Below, in pieces: positions 17,540-27,479 of a DNA stretch of 64,000 nucleotides. The stretch's first letter is position 1; every line of letters starts with the position of its first letter. A program made the translations under genes and the position numbers. The stretch comes from Candidatus Sumerlaeaceae bacterium (GTDB lineage Bacteria; Sumerlaeota; Sumerlaeia; Sumerlaeales; Sumerlaeaceae). Below the pieces are notes generated by a model, which worked only from the letters and a program-made list of their open reading frames with translations, was not told where the DNA came from and ran no database searches. The DNA is taken from positions 37,822 to 101,821 of the forward strand of contig JBMFRB010000005.1 in assembly GCA_049968255.1 (NCBI GenBank), given 5' to 3'.

Positions 17540-18617
17540 AACAAAAGACGAGACCAATAAGAAGAAAGCTGCAGCTAAAGCCGCCGCAGCTAAGAAGTCC
17601 GGCACCTCAAAAACAAAAGTGGCCTCCGCGAAGAAGCAGTCGGCGACGAAGAACGTGAAGGCTGGTGCGGCAAAAGCAGGGGCCAAGAAAGGCTTAGCCA
17701 AACCTGCCGCGAAGAAGGCCGAGAAGGCCACAAAGAAAACAGCAGCTCGATCCACAGCTGCGGCCAAAAAAGTGGAGAAAAAACCAAAGGCGTCCGCGAC
17801 GAAGAAAAAGGTGGCCACCAAGACCTCTAAGCCCGCTGCCGCAAAAGTCTCGGCGAAGAAAGCTGTGAAGTCCACCGTGAAGAATACCGTGGCTAAAGCG
17901 GCTAAGGGCGCCCAGCCGGTCACCGCAACCAAAAATAAGGCCGTGGGCGCACCGAAAAAGGCGACAACGAAGGCAAAAGCGGCAACATCCGCAAAGAAAA
18001 CTGCGGCCAAAACGGAAGCCAAAAGCAACTCGCCTAAGGTTACTAAGAAAGCCAGCGCCAAGCCGGTGGCAAAGAAGGTTGCTCCGCAAGGAGTTAAGCG
18101 GCCGAAAACGACAGCACCAGCTCCTGGGGCCGTGACTAAGCGGCCAGTGATCCGTCGAAAGATCAAGTCCGCTCCAGAGGCACTTGCTGCTGTTCCAACA
18201 ACGCCAGTTCAGCCTCCTCCCCCAGAGCCAGTGAAACCCGTTCTTTCGCCTGAGCAACTGGAGGAGATCCGTCAGATGTTGCTTCAGGAGCGCGAGCAAC
18301 TGCTTGCCGAAGTGCGGAGCATGGACGAAAGTGCTTACTGGGAGAATCTTGGCGATTCTTCAGATTTGCGGGGCTCGCACCATGCGGACGAAGTGGACAT
18401 TGCCTCGGACGCCACAGAGTTAGAGACGGCGCTGAATTTGCGCTCGATCGAAGGCCAACAGTTGCAAGAGATCGAGATGGCGCTTCAGGCCATTGCACGT
18501 GGCAACTATGGCATCTGCGAAGAGTGCGGCAAGCCGATTGACATTGAGCGACTTCGCGTGAAACCAATGGCGCGGTTCTGCGTGCCGTGCCTTCGCCAAA
18601 AGGAAGGTAAACGCTGA
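17532..18617 (+). CDS. DksA/TraR C4 zinc-finger protein with a ~210-aa histone-H1-like Lys/Ala-rich N-terminal extension
   Basis: SD GGAGG; AAKK-type repeats over about 17550-18170; coiled coil with HHADEVDIAS; YGICEECGKPI..ERL..P.A..CVPC. Confidence 0.88.
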   Translation: MAKTKDETNKKKAAAKAAAAKKSGTSKTKVASAKKQSATKNVKAGAAKAGAKKGLAKPAAKKAEKATKKTAARSTAAAKKVEKKPKASATKKKVATKTSKPAAAKVSAKKAVKSTVKNTVAKAAKGAQPVTATKNKAVGAPKKATTKAKAATSAKKTAAKTEAKSNSPKVTKKASAKPVAKKVAPQGVKRPKTTAPAPGAVTKRPVIRRKIKSAPEALAAVPTTPVQPPPPEPVKPVLSPEQLEEIRQMLLQEREQLLAEVRSMDESAYWENLGDSSDLRGSHHADEVDIASDATELETALNLRSIEGQQLQEIEMALQAIARGNYGICEECGKPIDIERLRVKPMARFCVPCLRQKEGKR

Positions 18618-18625
18618 GAGGCTGG

Positions 18626-19177
18626 ATGTGGTTCTACGTGCCGGCGGCGTGCGTCGTCGCCGCGGATCAGATCACCAAATGGCTTGCACTCACGTGGCTA
18701 GCTGAACAACCCGGGCGACGCGTTGCGCTTATTCCCGGATTGTTTGATCTCTACCTTCAGTTCAACACGGGCGGGGCTTTTTCGCTTTTTCATGATCGGC
18801 CCGGTCTCATTCTTGTTTTCGCACTCGTGACGGTCGCCTGGATGATCTGGTATGTGCAACGCCTACCGTCCGCGAGAATCACGGAGCGCCTGGCGTTCGG
18901 CCTCATCGTTGGCGGTGCCCTAGGAAACCTCGCCGATCGCTTACGATTGGGCTTTGTCGTGGACTTCTTTCACGTCTACTGGCGCCAGTGGTACTGGCCG
19001 ACCTTCAACGTAGCGGATTCAGCAATTTGTGTGGGCGTAGGTCTTTTTTTGTATATGACGTTCGTGACATCAGCGCGTTTGGCCCAGCAGCAATCCAAGG
19101 CATCTGAGGAGCACCGACAGAGCGTTGACGACGCGCCACAAGGCGAAATAAACGAGAAGAGCTCCGACGAACGCTGA
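18626..19177 (+). CDS. lspA: Lipoprotein signal peptidase II
   Basis: DQITK, NTGGAFS, GGALGNLADR, VVDF, FNVADSAI. Confidence 0.95.
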   Translation: MWFYVPAACVVAADQITKWLALTWLAEQPGRRVALIPGLFDLYLQFNTGGAFSLFHDRPGLILVFALVTVAWMIWYVQRLPSARITERLAFGLIVGGALGNLADRLRLGFVVDFFHVYWRQWYWPTFNVADSAICVGVGLFLYMTFVTSARLAQQQSKASEEHRQSVDDAPQGEINEKSSDER

Positions 19178-19214
19178 CGTGTTGGACTTGCCGCAGACAT
19201 TTATGGAGGTCTGC

Positions 19215-19862
19215 TCAAGCGAATTTCGAGCCTTTACACGTCGCTCGACGAACGCTGACGCTTTCGAACAATGCAAGCAACCGTGCGCCTAGTTCGCGCA
19301 ATTCCACGCGTGCACGCACGAAGAGAGGATAGCGTCGCCGATCAGCGGCAACGCCGATGGCGTCAATGCCGCAATTGGCTGCGAGCCAGAGCGCACGCGG
19401 GAGATGAAAACTTTGTGTCACAATGAAGGCTGAATGGATGCCAGCCTGCTGCGCGTGAAGCATGGTGAGCAGCGTGCGTCGTCCCGCTGGATCGCAGACA
19501 ATATCTCCCTCCGAAACTCTACGGGCACGCAACCATTCGGCCATGGTGGTGACTTCGTGATTGCTCGCCGGGGAATCATCTCCGCTGAGAAACAGAAGTT
19601 TGGCGCATCCTTGCTGATATAGATCGAGAGCTGTAGCTAGACGATCTTCGAGCATGAGCGAAGGGCGCCCCGATGGCCACACACGAGCGCCGAGAACAAT
19701 GGCCACACCTGGCACCGAACCCGACGGGATTTCCTCGATGGATATGATGCGCTTGCGCGCTCGCCATGTCATGATTGCAGTCGCAGCCACGACCGCAACG
19801 CCACACACGGCAAATGCGCCAACAGTGGCCAATGCCCAAAATGCGTCGAGCTTGTCAGGCAC
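19215..19862 (-). CDS. SanA/YdcF (DUF218) envelope protein
   Basis: N-terminal TM; [34 protein letters not shown]. Confidence 0.88.
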   Translation of the reverse strand: MPDKLDAFWALATVGAFAVCGVAVVAATAIMTWRARKRIISIEEIPSGSVPGVAIVLGARVWPSGRPSLMLEDRLATALDLYQQGCAKLLFLSGDDSPASNHEVTTMAEWLRARRVSEGDIVCDPAGRRTLLTMLHAQQAGIHSAFIVTQSFHLPRALWLAANCGIDAIGVAADRRRYPLFVRARVELRELGARLLALFESVSVRRATCKGSKFA

Positions 19863-20628
19863 TGTGATAGAGCAGAATTTCCTCTGGGGTGTAGCGCCGA
19901 CTTAGTTCCTCAGCGCGCGCGATAGCTCGGACCATCTCTCGCACAGCACGCTCGAACCCTACCAAAACAGCGTGGGATACGATCGAATGGCCGATGTGAA
20001 GTTCGTGAAGGCCAGCAATCGCGGCAACGGGCAGAACATTGCGAAGATTGAGGCCATGCCCCGCATTGACGCGCATACCGAGCTCCTGCGCATAGCGGGC
20101 TCCTTCGACCAATTTCTTCAGTTCAGCCAGCCGAGCCTGCTCGCCACACGCATTCGCATAGGCGCCGGTGTGGAGTTCGAGAAAATCGGCACCGCACTCG
20201 CGTACCGCTTCGATCTGATGGCGCTCAGGATCAATAAAATGACTCACGAGCATGCCGGCAGCCTTCATGCGCTTGGTGGCATCACCTATGCGACGGAGGT
20301 TGCCGGCCACATCGAGACCGCCTTCGGTCGTGATTTCTTGGCGTCGCTCGGGAACGAACATCACCATGGAAGGACGAACCTTTTCCGCGATGGCGAGCAT
20401 TTCCTCCACTGCAGCCATCTCGAGATTGAGGCGCGTTTTCACCACTTCGCGCAACCGATAGACATCTGCATCCTGAATGTGGCGGCGGTCTTCACGCAGA
20501 TGGCAGGTAATACCTGCGGCACCGGCCAACTCTGCAAGCACGGCTGCAGCTACGGGATCAGGCTCGGTGATACGGCGCGCCTGACGTACCGTGGCCACGT
20601 GATCCACATTGACGCAAAGCTTTGCCAT
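19855..20628 (-). CDS. pdxJ: Pyridoxine 5'-phosphate synthase
   Basis: [60 protein letters not shown]. Confidence 0.97.
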   Translation of the reverse strand: MAKLCVNVDHVATVRQARRITEPDPVAAAVLAELAGAAGITCHLREDRRHIQDADVYRLREVVKTRLNLEMAAVEEMLAIAEKVRPSMVMFVPERRQEITTEGGLDVAGNLRRIGDATKRMKAAGMLVSHFIDPERHQIEAVRECGADFLELHTGAYANACGEQARLAELKKLVEGARYAQELGMRVNAGHGLNLRNVLPVAAIAGLHELHIGHSIVSHAVLVGFERAVREMVRAIARAEELSRRYTPEEILLYHSA

Positions 20629-20663
20629 GATGCCCTCCGGATGAAGCAAATTTTGCAAATAAA

Positions 20664-21743
20664 TTACTTTTTTTCAGGTGGTTGCTTTGCAACGTAGCGC
20701 ACTTGGATGGTTTTGGGTTCCACGGTGCGGATCGTCAACTTCGAGCGAATGTCTTCAGGCGTATTGGCACTGAAATGTGCTTCGAGCCCGACCTCGCGCG
20801 TGGTTCCTGGAATCTCTTCCGCGGGCCGAACGAAGGACACTTCGATCATGTCAGGTGTGACCTTGGGCAAGAGGCTTTGGGGGCCAAAAAGTGTGACGGT
20901 GCAATCTTTTCTATCATATTCTACGCTGACGCTTTCCGGCGCCACAGCACTCAGGTTGATCTTCACGCCGCGCAGTTCGCGAACGGTTTGAATTTCCTGG
21001 ATCTCAATGCTGACTTCCGCTGTGGTCGTCTTTGGATGAATAATTTCTAGGCCGGGCGGCACGCGCAAGGGAACGGTCATAAGCCCGCCTTGGGTGCGCC
21101 CCGCGATGTCTATGCGGTTGGTGAGAATTTTTATCTTGCTTGTTTCAGCGTCGCGTGGCACAGCAAAGAGGATTTCGGGACGCCCGGTGACCCATACCTC
21201 CGGCGGGTCCACGCGCACCGGTGGAACAAGCTGATAACCGGAAGGAAGTTTGTCCGTTCCCACAAGGTCGGGCACGATCACAGCGGGCTCAGCTTTCCAA
21301 CGAGCCTCGACGCGCACAGTGTTCGTAGGAGCGCCGACCTTGACCAGCGTCACTCGCCGCGCCCCGCGAATTTTGGCCACAAGGTTCTTCTCATTCATGG
21401 GCTCTGTCTTCGACAGCCAGTCGAGCCCGAGCTGGTCGCGTAGGTCTGAAATATCCACCGAAAACCGAAAATTCTCGCTCGTAATATAATTGCGCAACTC
21501 CTTCGGATAGCGGAGAATCACAGGCATCTGGCTGGGTGAGACTCGAATTTCGATCCGTGGGTCCTCCGGCGTGACGACAACGGGAATTGTGAGTCCCGCC
21601 TCTTCACTTTCGCTGAGCTTAGCAAAGAGCCATACCGCGACCGCAAGGCCGACAGAGACGGCAAGGAGATTGAAATTCTCACGCCAGCGCTGCGATCTAT
21701 GCGGGAACGTTCGCTTCTTCTGTGGTTTCTTCACTTCGGGCAT
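20664..21743 (-). CDS. cdaR: CdaR/YbbR-like regulator of diadenylate cyclase
   Basis: N-terminal [17 protein letters not shown]; repeated beta-rich YbbR-like units (V.P..V.V.G); overlaps the 3' end of cdaA. Confidence 0.75.
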   Translation of the reverse strand: MPEVKKPQKKRTFPHRSQRWRENFNLLAVSVGLAVAVWLFAKLSESEEAGLTIPVVVTPEDPRIEIRVSPSQMPVILRYPKELRNYITSENFRFSVDISDLRDQLGLDWLSKTEPMNEKNLVAKIRGARRVTLVKVGAPTNTVRVEARWKAEPAVIVPDLVGTDKLPSGYQLVPPVRVDPPEVWVTGRPEILFAVPRDAETSKIKILTNRIDIAGRTQGGLMTVPLRVPPGLEIIHPKTTTAEVSIEIQEIQTVRELRGVKINLSAVAPESVSVEYDRKDCTVTLFGPQSLLPKVTPDMIEVSFVRPAEEIPGTTREVGLEAHFSANTPEDIRSKLTIRTVEPKTIQVRYVAKQPPEKK

Positions 21744-22509
21744 CTGTTAGGTCCAATAGCTGTTTGCGCAGCGTATCAAGCGTGTGATTGCGCTCCAACT
21801 TTCCGCGGTAAGCGAGCGAAATAATTCCCGTTTCTTCTGACACGACTATTACGGCTGCGTCTGTTTCTTGGCTCAAGCCGATCGCGGCCAAATGGCGTGT
21901 GCCGTATTCCTTATTCAGTGTGGGATCGTTGGCCAAGGGCAGGATGCAAGCTGCGGCCAGGATGCGATCATTTCGCAGGATCACTGCACCGTCGTGCAGA
22001 GGACTGTAGGTCATGAAAATGGTGCGCAGCAGCTCGCTAGAGATAAGCCCGTCAATGCGCGTGCCTGTGTCAGCATACGTATCAAGTGGCGTGTGGCGTT
22101 CGATGCAAATGAGCGCTCCAATCTTTTGGCGAGAAAAAGCGCGCACGGCTTTTAGCACTTCATCCAGATGTTCGCCGCTATTTGGGGCGAAAATTCGTCG
22201 AAACAGCCGTAGCTGCCCGACATCGGTGAGCGCTTTGCGAAATTCGTTCTGAAACACGATAAGAAAAATGAGTACGATAACGATCCAAAATTTCTCGAAG
22301 AGCATCACTGTGGCGGTAAGGCCAAAAATGCGTGCAAACCCGTAGAGAAATATCGCGCCAACAATGACGCCGACTAGTCCTTGGAGGGCCGAGGAGGAAC
22401 GAGTTTCGCGCAGGATCGCTAACAAAATAAAAACAATGGCTGCCACAATGGCGATATCAAGCAGATCGCTCACTCGTATTGAATATATGAGGTCCCATAT
22501 TTGGGCCAT
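21697..22509 (-). CDS. cdaA: Membrane diadenylate cyclase CdaA/DacA
   Basis: 3 N-terminal TMs, IVFQNEFRKAL, GALI, SPLHDGAVI, GTRHLAAIG, VVSEETG. Confidence 0.93.
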   Translation of the reverse strand: MAQIWDLIYSIRVSDLLDIAIVAAIVFILLAILRETRSSSALQGLVGVIVGAIFLYGFARIFGLTATVMLFEKFWIVIVLIFLIVFQNEFRKALTDVGQLRLFRRIFAPNSGEHLDEVLKAVRAFSRQKIGALICIERHTPLDTYADTGTRIDGLISSELLRTIFMTYSPLHDGAVILRNDRILAAACILPLANDPTLNKEYGTRHLAAIGLSQETDAAVIVVSEETGIISLAYRGKLERNHTLDTLRKQLLDLTDARSEETTEEANVPA

Positions 22510-22696
22510 ATGTTGATCCCTTGGCCTGAAATCGATTGGCGCTGTGGTGATTTTCAAAGCGCACCGCATCGCGATGCAAGAGAAGAAACGGTGGGGCACC
22601 GCTTGCTGCTTCGAGAAATGGACTTGAAAGCAACGCTCATACAGCAATCATCGCAAGAATTGGTTATTCCCCAAAAAAATAAGGAGCCAACGAGAG

Positions 22697-23524
22697 GTGA
22701 TGACGCTGCGTGAGCAAATTCGTGAAGCAGTGGAGTTCATCCGCACAAAGTCTTGCCTTGTTCCCGAGGTGGGAATTATTTTGGGAACGGGCATGGGGGC
22801 CATGGCCAACGAGGTGCAGAGCGACGTCATCATTGATTATCGCGAAATCCCCTATTTTCCTGTTTCGACAGTGGAATCGCACGCCGGCAAACTGCATTTG
22901 GGCACCTTCGTGGGAAAGCGCGTGTTCATGATGCAAGGCCGCTTCCATTACTATGAAGGTTACACGATGCAGCAGGTGACTTTCCCTGTGCGCGTGATGC
23001 GCGCAATGGGTGCGCGCACGCTGATCGTGATGAACGCTGTGGGCTCGATGAACCCTCTCATTCCGCCCGGTTCTCTCGTGCTGGTGCAGGATCACATCAA
23101 CCTCATGGGAGACAATCCACTCATCGGCCCGAATGATGAGGAGCTGGGCCCACGCTTTCCGGACATGAGCGAGCCCTACAACCGGGAGCTCATTGCGCTG
23201 GCCGAACGGGTGGCGCTGGAGAAGCAGATCCCGAACGTCTATCGCGGCATCATGGTCGCAGTGACAGGGCCAAACCTCGAAACAGCGGCCGAGTATCGGA
23301 TGTTCCAGCGCATCGGAGCGGACATCGTCACGATGAGCACCGTACCCGAAGTGATTGTTGCAGTGCATGGCGGTATGCGCGTGTTGGCAATTTCCACGGT
23401 GACAGATGCATGTCTGCCGGACGCCCTCGAGCCAGCGTCGCTCGACAAGATTCTAAAAGTGGCCGCCGAAACCGAGCCACGGTTGGCGACGCTTGTGAAG
23501 GGGATCCTCGAAAAATTGCCATAA
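22697..23524 (+). CDS. Purine nucleoside phosphorylase (trimeric PNP-I/PunA type)
   Basis: IILGTG, STVESHAG, QGRFHYYEG, DHINLMGDNPL, GPRFPDMS, GPNLET.AE, MSTVPEV. Confidence 0.93.
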   Translation: MMTLREQIREAVEFIRTKSCLVPEVGIILGTGMGAMANEVQSDVIIDYREIPYFPVSTVESHAGKLHLGTFVGKRVFMMQGRFHYYEGYTMQQVTFPVRVMRAMGARTLIVMNAVGSMNPLIPPGSLVLVQDHINLMGDNPLIGPNDEELGPRFPDMSEPYNRELIALAERVALEKQIPNVYRGIMVAVTGPNLETAAEYRMFQRIGADIVTMSTVPEVIVAVHGGMRVLAISTVTDACLPDALEPASLDKILKVAAETEPRLATLVKGILEKLP

Positions 23525-23574
23525 GACGAAATTCATTCTTCAAGCCGCGGAGGCTAACAACAAAGGAGTCTGAT

Positions 23575-23994
23575 ATGGCCGTACAGATTGACGCCATTTA
23601 CGATGGAAATTTGATTTGCCGCGCGACTCATGGGCCGTCGCGCCAAACAGTGACAACAGATGCACCGGTGGACAACGGCGGACGTGGCTCGGCATTTTCG
23701 CCGACCGACCTTCTGGCCACCGCTTTCGCGACCTGTATGCTCACAATTATGGGGCTGGTGGCCCAGAAACGCGGTGTGGACATTGCCGGCACGCAATGTA
23801 CTGTCACCAAAGAGATGGTGGCCGACCCCGTCCGCCGAGTCGGTAAGCTCACGGCGCGCATTGTCATGCCTCAAGGAAGGCATTACGATGCGCAAACGCG
23901 CAAGGCGCTGGAAGAGGGAGCCCTATCTTGCCCGGTGAAGCAGAGTTTGCATCCGGATGTCATCCTCGACGTGGAGTTTGTTTATCCCGACTGA
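23575..23994 (+). CDS. OsmC family protein
   Basis: SD AAGGAG; TDAPVDNGG, FSPTDLLATAFATC, CPVKQSL. Confidence 0.9.
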   Translation: MAVQIDAIYDGNLICRATHGPSRQTVTTDAPVDNGGRGSAFSPTDLLATAFATCMLTIMGLVAQKRGVDIAGTQCTVTKEMVADPVRRVGKLTARIVMPQGRHYDAQTRKALEEGALSCPVKQSLHPDVILDVEFVYPD

Positions 23995-24104
23995 GGGCCG
24001 ACAGCGGAAAGAGAGCGGGGAGACCTCAGGTTCGCACAGCGCTACAGATTGCGAGGGGGCTTCAGCGTTGCCTCCAGCAGAGATCCAGAGGATGCACGAA
24101 CTCG

Positions 24105-27100
24105 TTATGAATATAGAGTTTTTCTTGTGCTGAGCTCTTTTTGAATCTCCTCAAGTTCGGCAGCTGCGGATTGCGCATCGGCCGGCCGCTCATCGGGATT
24201 TTTGGCAAGACAACGCTGCACAAATTGTGCAACGATCAGGGGCACGTCCGGCACAAGATCGCTGAGAGATGGTGGCGGGACATGGAGGTGCTGAGCAAGA
24301 ACGTTTTCACCAATGAAGGGAGGGCGCCCGGCAAGCATTTCAAAAAGAACGATACCCAACGCGTAAAGGTCGGCCCGGCCATCTGACGCATTGCCCATGA
24401 TCTGTTCGGGTGCCATGTACGAGACCGTTCCCACCACGCAACCTTCGCGCGTGACCTTGGCATCCTCTGCGAGCCGCGCGAGCCCAAAATCTACCATTTT
24501 CACTGCATCGAGGGCACTAGCGATCATAACATTTTCAGGTTTCACGTCGCGGTGGATGATGTGAGCTTGGTGCGCTGCTCCGAGCGCAGAAGCCATCTGC
24601 CACGCATAGCGCAAGGCACGATCGAGCGACAACACTTTCTCGCGCGAAAGAAGGCTGCGCAACGACGGACCATCGACGTACTCCATCGTCAGGAAACACT
24701 CGTTCGGATTCGTGACAACGTCGTAGACAGCCACGATGTGCGGATGCGCAACTTGCGCAATGGCGCAAGCCTCTTGGAGGAGACGTCGCTGAAACTCGGG
24801 GTTGCCAGCAAGATGCGCTGGCAAGACTTTCCATGCCACATAACGGCCAAGGCGCGTATCCAGCGCGAGGTAAACTACACCCATGCCCCCTTGGCCCAGT
24901 TTGCGAACGATTTTGTAGCGCAAAGATTCTTGATCGACTTTTCCGCTAATCGTTGCGGCGAAGGGATCAGCGACACTGCTGCGAGCGGCAACTGCAGCCA
25001 TCTGCGTCTCATCGCGTGACGCAGTGATACGCTCGCGTGTACGCTCCAGTTTCTGCAACACATCGCGATAGCAGTAATCTACTGCGAGAATTTTGCTGTA
25101 CAGTTCCTTGGCTTCCTCGAGGCGCCCCGCGCGTTCGTAAGCGCTGGCAAGGTCGTAAACGAGCTGCAAATTGTCACGCTGGCATTTCCATTGCGGGCCG
25201 AGCGCTTCAAGTAGGCGATCTGCTGCAACCTCGTAAAGCCCTTTTTCGATAAAGCATTCCGCCATCAGCCGCAGCACATCGCGGCGATACTCTGGCACAT
25301 CCTGTATAGACTGAAGTACCTTGATGGCTTCATTGTAGCGCGCTGTCTCGGCATAGATTTTGGCAAGGTCGAAAGCCACGCCTGAGTCGTCGGGTTGCGA
25401 CTGTCGATGCCTCTCCCAATTCTCGACAGAACGTTCGAGTTGTTCGAGTTGCCGGAAAAGATAACCCGCCTGCCGAAACTTGCCAGCTTGTTCGTAAAAC
25501 TCGGCCGCAAGAAGAGTTTCGCCGAGCTGCTCATAAAGCTCGGCTGCACGCAGCGGCTGACGAGCATTCGCATAGCATTTCGCTGCACGCGGGATTTCGC
25601 CCATCTCTTCGTAAAGGAGTGCTGCACGCTCATACTTGCCAACGATCTCATAATGGCGCGCTGCTGTTCGTGTGTCGCCGACGCGCTGGATGTTGCTCGC
25701 TGCGCGCTCGTAATCGCCGAGCTGTCGAAACAGCTCGTAGGCTTGTTCATATTTTCCAGCTTCCTCAAAGAGCTCCGCTGCCCGAACGAGTTCTTGGCCT
25801 TTGGCATACCATTCGGCAGCAAGGAGTTTGCAATCTTTAACTTGATATTTTGTTATTAGCGCCTCATCGGTCGTGATGTAGATCGCAAAATCGAGCGGAT
25901 CGACGTGCAACGTCGTGATCCGCGTGGGCGATTGAAAGACGACGGATCGCCCTTTGCCCACTTTGACAAGTTCAACGATGTGCTCGCCGCAAACGATGAA
26001 GCTATCTTGCGTGCCCGGCAGGATTCCTAAATGCCGTACGGGCTCGGCAGCGTGAGTTTCCGCAACGACATCGAGGGTCTGAGAGCAACAGAAGATAAGA
26101 CGCTGGTCCCCAACGGCAGCACCGAGGATTTTGCTATTTGGCGAGAAGACGAGTTGATGGACGCGGTCTTCGAAATGGCGCGAAGCCAGGGATCTGCCTT
26201 CCGGGGAAAGTATGTACACTGTTCCGCCAAGTGAGCTTACCGCCAGCGTTTCGCTGTCAGGAGCAAACACCGCCTCCCATGCGCTGAAATCCACTTGGAA
26301 CTCCCAGCGAAGGCGCCCGGGCGCATCACACCAAACAACCTGATTCTCACAGCAGTATACGTGCGACAGAGACTTTTCGGTAACGAACGTGATGCCACGG
26401 AACGGTTCTGGCCCTGTATAGGCATGAAGCAATTTCTTCTCTTGATCGAGCAGCACTAATTGAAACTGCCCGACGTTGATGGTTGCGCTGTCGAGAACAG
26501 CGAGAAGAGCATTGCCGTCGGCTGAGAGAGCAACTTCGCGAATGGAAAACTCGCCTTCCGGACGCCACTGCCAAAGCTGCTGAAATTGACGCGATGTGTA
26601 AAAGAGCCGGCCCGATCGCAGCGCCAAAGCTGCCGCCTCCGCCCTTGAGGCAAGCGCAATCGCCACCACGGGCGCCTCGAACTGCCATTGCTGCTTCGAT
26701 TGAAGTTCGACGAGGTCTTCGTAAAGCTGCGCAGCTCTGAGCTCGCAGCCGGCGGCCCGCGTGTACGCAGTCACGGCAAGATCCACCCGCTCGGCTTTTT
26801 CGTAGGCAGCGCCAGCTTTTTCGAACTGTTCGGCCTTTTCGTAGAGCTCGCCAGCGCGAAACCATTCGCCACAGTCTTCGAGCAATTGAGCTGCCTCGGC
26901 ATATAGACCAGTCTGCTCGAAGAGCGAGGCCGCGAGCGCAAGTTGATTGGCACGACGACATTCTTCGGCGGCAGCTTGGAGATCGCCCCGCTTCAAATAC
27001 ACAGACAGCAGCGCGCGCAGGTCGTTGAGCTTTCGCAACAGCTCGATGGCCTTTTGTTCCTGCCCAAGATCGAGATAAAGTGCGGCTGCGCGGCGCAGAT

Positions 27101-27461
27101 CGCCATGGCGCTCGGCCACTTCAGCCGCTTCACATTTTCGGTCGAGCTCGACTAATAAGGCCACCGCGTCAGTTATCGCTCCGTGGTCGAGAAGCACCCG
27201 CAGGGCAGCTTCATTGTCGCCACCGCGGCGGTAGAAGCTCGCGGCGGCTGCCGCGTCCCCTGCTTGGAGAGCGGTGCGCGCTGCATCGCGGTAGGCGCCC
27301 AGTTCGGCGTAGAGTCGCATTGCTTCGAGCAACTGCCCACCCTTCTCCAGGACACGAGCCTGGGCAGAAAGATCTTGCGCCTTCTCAAAAAAGCTAGCTG
27401 CGCGCGCATACTCCTGCCGTTTTTCATAGTAGCGACCAAGTATTTCGTGCAGCCATGTCAT
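24105..27461 (-). CDS. Cytoplasmic Hanks-type Ser/Thr kinase with an N-terminal alpha-solenoid, an inserted beta-propeller and TPRs
   Basis: About 13-aa periodic AA.LYE..G repeats; PQQ/WD-like blades (W.F...V..VA.S.DG); kinase motifs GQGGMG, VAWK, HRDVKPEN, DFG, YMAPE; no signal peptide or TM. Confidence 0.88.
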   Translation of the reverse strand: MTWLHEILGRYYEKRQEYARAASFFEKAQDLSAQARVLEKGGQLLEAMRLYAELGAYRDAARTALQAGDAAAAASFYRRGGDNEAALRVLLDHGAITDAVALLVELDRKCEAAEVAERHGDLRRAAALYLDLGQEQKAIELLRKLNDLRALLSVYLKRGDLQAAAEECRRANQLALAASLFEQTGLYAEAAQLLEDCGEWFRAGELYEKAEQFEKAGAAYEKAERVDLAVTAYTRAAGCELRAAQLYEDLVELQSKQQWQFEAPVVAIALASRAEAAALALRSGRLFYTSRQFQQLWQWRPEGEFSIREVALSADGNALLAVLDSATINVGQFQLVLLDQEKKLLHAYTGPEPFRGITFVTEKSLSHVYCCENQVVWCDAPGRLRWEFQVDFSAWEAVFAPDSETLAVSSLGGTVYILSPEGRSLASRHFEDRVHQLVFSPNSKILGAAVGDQRLIFCCSQTLDVVAETHAAEPVRHLGILPGTQDSFIVCGEHIVELVKVGKGRSVVFQSPTRITTLHVDPLDFAIYITTDEALITKYQVKDCKLLAAEWYAKGQELVRAAELFEEAGKYEQAYELFRQLGDYERAASNIQRVGDTRTAARHYEIVGKYERAALLYEEMGEIPRAAKCYANARQPLRAAELYEQLGETLLAAEFYEQAGKFRQAGYLFRQLEQLERSVENWERHRQSQPDDSGVAFDLAKIYAETARYNEAIKVLQSIQDVPEYRRDVLRLMAECFIEKGLYEVAADRLLEALGPQWKCQRDNLQLVYDLASAYERAGRLEEAKELYSKILAVDYCYRDVLQKLERTRERITASRDETQMAAVAARSSVADPFAATISGKVDQESLRYKIVRKLGQGGMGVVYLALDTRLGRYVAWKVLPAHLAGNPEFQRRLLQEACAIAQVAHPHIVAVYDVVTNPNECFLTMEYVDGPSLRSLLSREKVLSLDRALRYAWQMASALGAAHQAHIIHRDVKPENVMIASALDAVKMVDFGLARLAEDAKVTREGCVVGTVSYMAPEQIMGNASDGRADLYALGIVLFEMLAGRPPFIGENVLAQHLHVPPPSLSDLVPDVPLIVAQFVQRCLAKNPDERPADAQSAAAELEEIQKELSTRKTLYS

Positions 27462-27479
27462 TGCTCGCCCGCCTACCAG

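Noticed and set aside
17550-18170. Repetitive AAG/GCC-rich DNA as a possible tandem repeat or CRISPR-like array
   Set aside because: Explained by Lys/Ala low-complexity coding; no fixed repeat-spacer periodicity
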